Below are positions 62,452 to 64,000 of a stretch of DNA of 64,000 bases, piece by piece. Source of the DNA: Felis catus (Eukaryota); the NCBI RefSeq assembly GCF_018350175.1, contig NC_058376.1:60512001-60576000 (forward strand), read 5' to 3'. Position 1 is the stretch's first letter. The number at the start of each line of letters is the position of its first letter. Position numbers and translations under genes: made by a program. The notes below the pieces were generated by a model. The model did not search any database, was not told the DNA's origin, and saw nothing but the letters and a program-made list of their open reading frames with translations.

Positions 62452-64000
62452 ATCAGTTAATTTAGACATCACAATTCTAGTAAGTCTCTTGCATGTGGAG
62501 AAAACACAGAAGTATGTTTATAAGCCATTGGACGGGTCTACAGATGCTATGCATGTGGAAGGGCTCCCACCAGGAATAAGCATGGAGGTCCTCTTCCATT
62601 CTCCTGTGGACTTTCTTTGATAAAAACAAAGCATGAGGTGAAAAGCAGGCTGTGCATTTGTTTATTTCGGACTCTTCCCCAAAAGGTATCTGAGGTAGCC
62701 AAGGGGTTGTGCTCATTTAAGCAGGGCTACGGTCCTCTAAAGGTTTGCAAGTCATAGGTGTTATGCAGGAATAGACATGCATCACAGGATTTGCCCTGGA
62801 CTACAGTCATTCTGACTTTATGTCAGAATGTTGTGAAGAATACATCCTCTGGTTCTAGAAGTCCAGTTGATTTTACAGAGATCAAAAGAGAAGTACCTAG
62901 GGTGTGTTGTGGACTGAAAGGGTTGGGGGGACCCGGTTAAGTGCTAAGTGCTGCTACTGAGCTTTATGGCATTTGATAAGCCACTTAACCTCCTGATCTT
63001 CATTATAAATGTTTCCTTATTTGTAAAATGGTGATAATAATATCTACTTCTTAAGGCTCTTGGGAAGATGAACAAAATGTGGTTGAGTCTTTGTAAGCTA
63101 TAAAATGCAGAATTAATGTTATCATTATTGTGCTTGGCACTGCTTATGATGCCACAGAGGTCCCCGAGGGGGCATCAGACCTTCTTGTTGGGAGCAACCA
63201 GGGTATCTCGAATTATCAAACTCTTAAAAACTGGGATGTAAGGAATGCTAAGAGTTGCAGATATATCTGTGGGATCTGCAAGTTCTCTGTAAGTATTTTA
63301 AAATGTTGTGTTTGAAGTGAGACAAACTTTTAAAAAGTCAAACATATCTTGGATAATGATGACTTTTTAACAGAAGGTATTGTTGTTGCCTTCAGTTTCC
63401 ATATTTGTGTTTACAGTTAAGTTGATTTCAAGACATGGAAGCTTAACTCATAGACGATCCATTTGCTCCAGGAGGGTGGGCTGGTGGGAGATTTTGCAGT
63501 AGTTGAAATAGTAGGAAAATGGTGGGAAAGCTGTTTTCACTCTGTGTGCAGTATGGATGCCACCCGCAGAGGGACATGGGACAGAGCAGGCAGTCCACCT
63601 CCCTTTGTGGGCGGCAAAATATCACCCAGTATATTAAATTCATAGCTATTTTAAATTATTAAAATTAATAATCCATCAAGATGCTGCTACGGTTCACAAA
63701 ACTCATGTAAGGGCAAACCAGGCATCATGAAATATTTTCTTTTTCTTTATTTTCTATTGCCTAGAGTATCAGGAGAACTTAGGGGTTCAGTGATTGAGTT
63801 GCAAGAACTTGGTATTGTAATTCACAGAGGTCACCTTTCAGCCCAGAGTTCTCCTTAAGACCCTTCCCCCATCCCACACCCCTGCCTAGGCATCTGTATT
63901 CCTCATACTGGTGGAGATGTCCGTCCACACTCACTTCCTCCAACCCAAAGTCTGCAAATCCCTGGGAGTCCCCCAACTTGACTGCTTATTGCTTGGACCC

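Noticed and set aside
61200-64000. ZBTB20 3' end expected downstream
   Set aside because: No recognisable coding sequence; only repeats and unassignable unique DNA

Overview
Mammalian genomic DNA, almost certainly from a cat-family (felid) animal, judging by about 20 Can-SINE/SINEC_Fc-type elements, several of them young. The draft assembly has five N-gaps. One intact protein-coding gene is present: the immune checkpoint receptor TIGIT (+ strand, 4 coding exons: 45635-45698, 46701-47030, 50033-50139, 58801-59037; 245 aa; all introns GT-AG). About 23 kb upstream on the - strand is a decayed, intronless KRAB-zinc-finger retrocopy (~20660-22335) matching human ZNF80, which fits the human DRD3-ZNF80-TIGIT-ZBTB20 order. 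The rest is mostly transposable-element debris: SINEs, MIR, L1, L2, MaLR/ERV LTRs, hAT MITEs and a 1.2 kb Tigger with intact TIRs. I found no convincing wholly new biological system. The best leads are: the ZNF80 fossil keeps a KRAB domain, extra fingers and a promoter-type motif; TIGIT splice geometry predicts an NMD-escaping secreted isoform and alternative exon-4 acceptors; TIGIT has a relocated unpaired cysteine; and it has a stop-interrupted in-frame upstream extension. Human comparisons are from recalled sequences, and repeat family names and boundaries are by eye. All need alignment or RepeatMasker confirmation.
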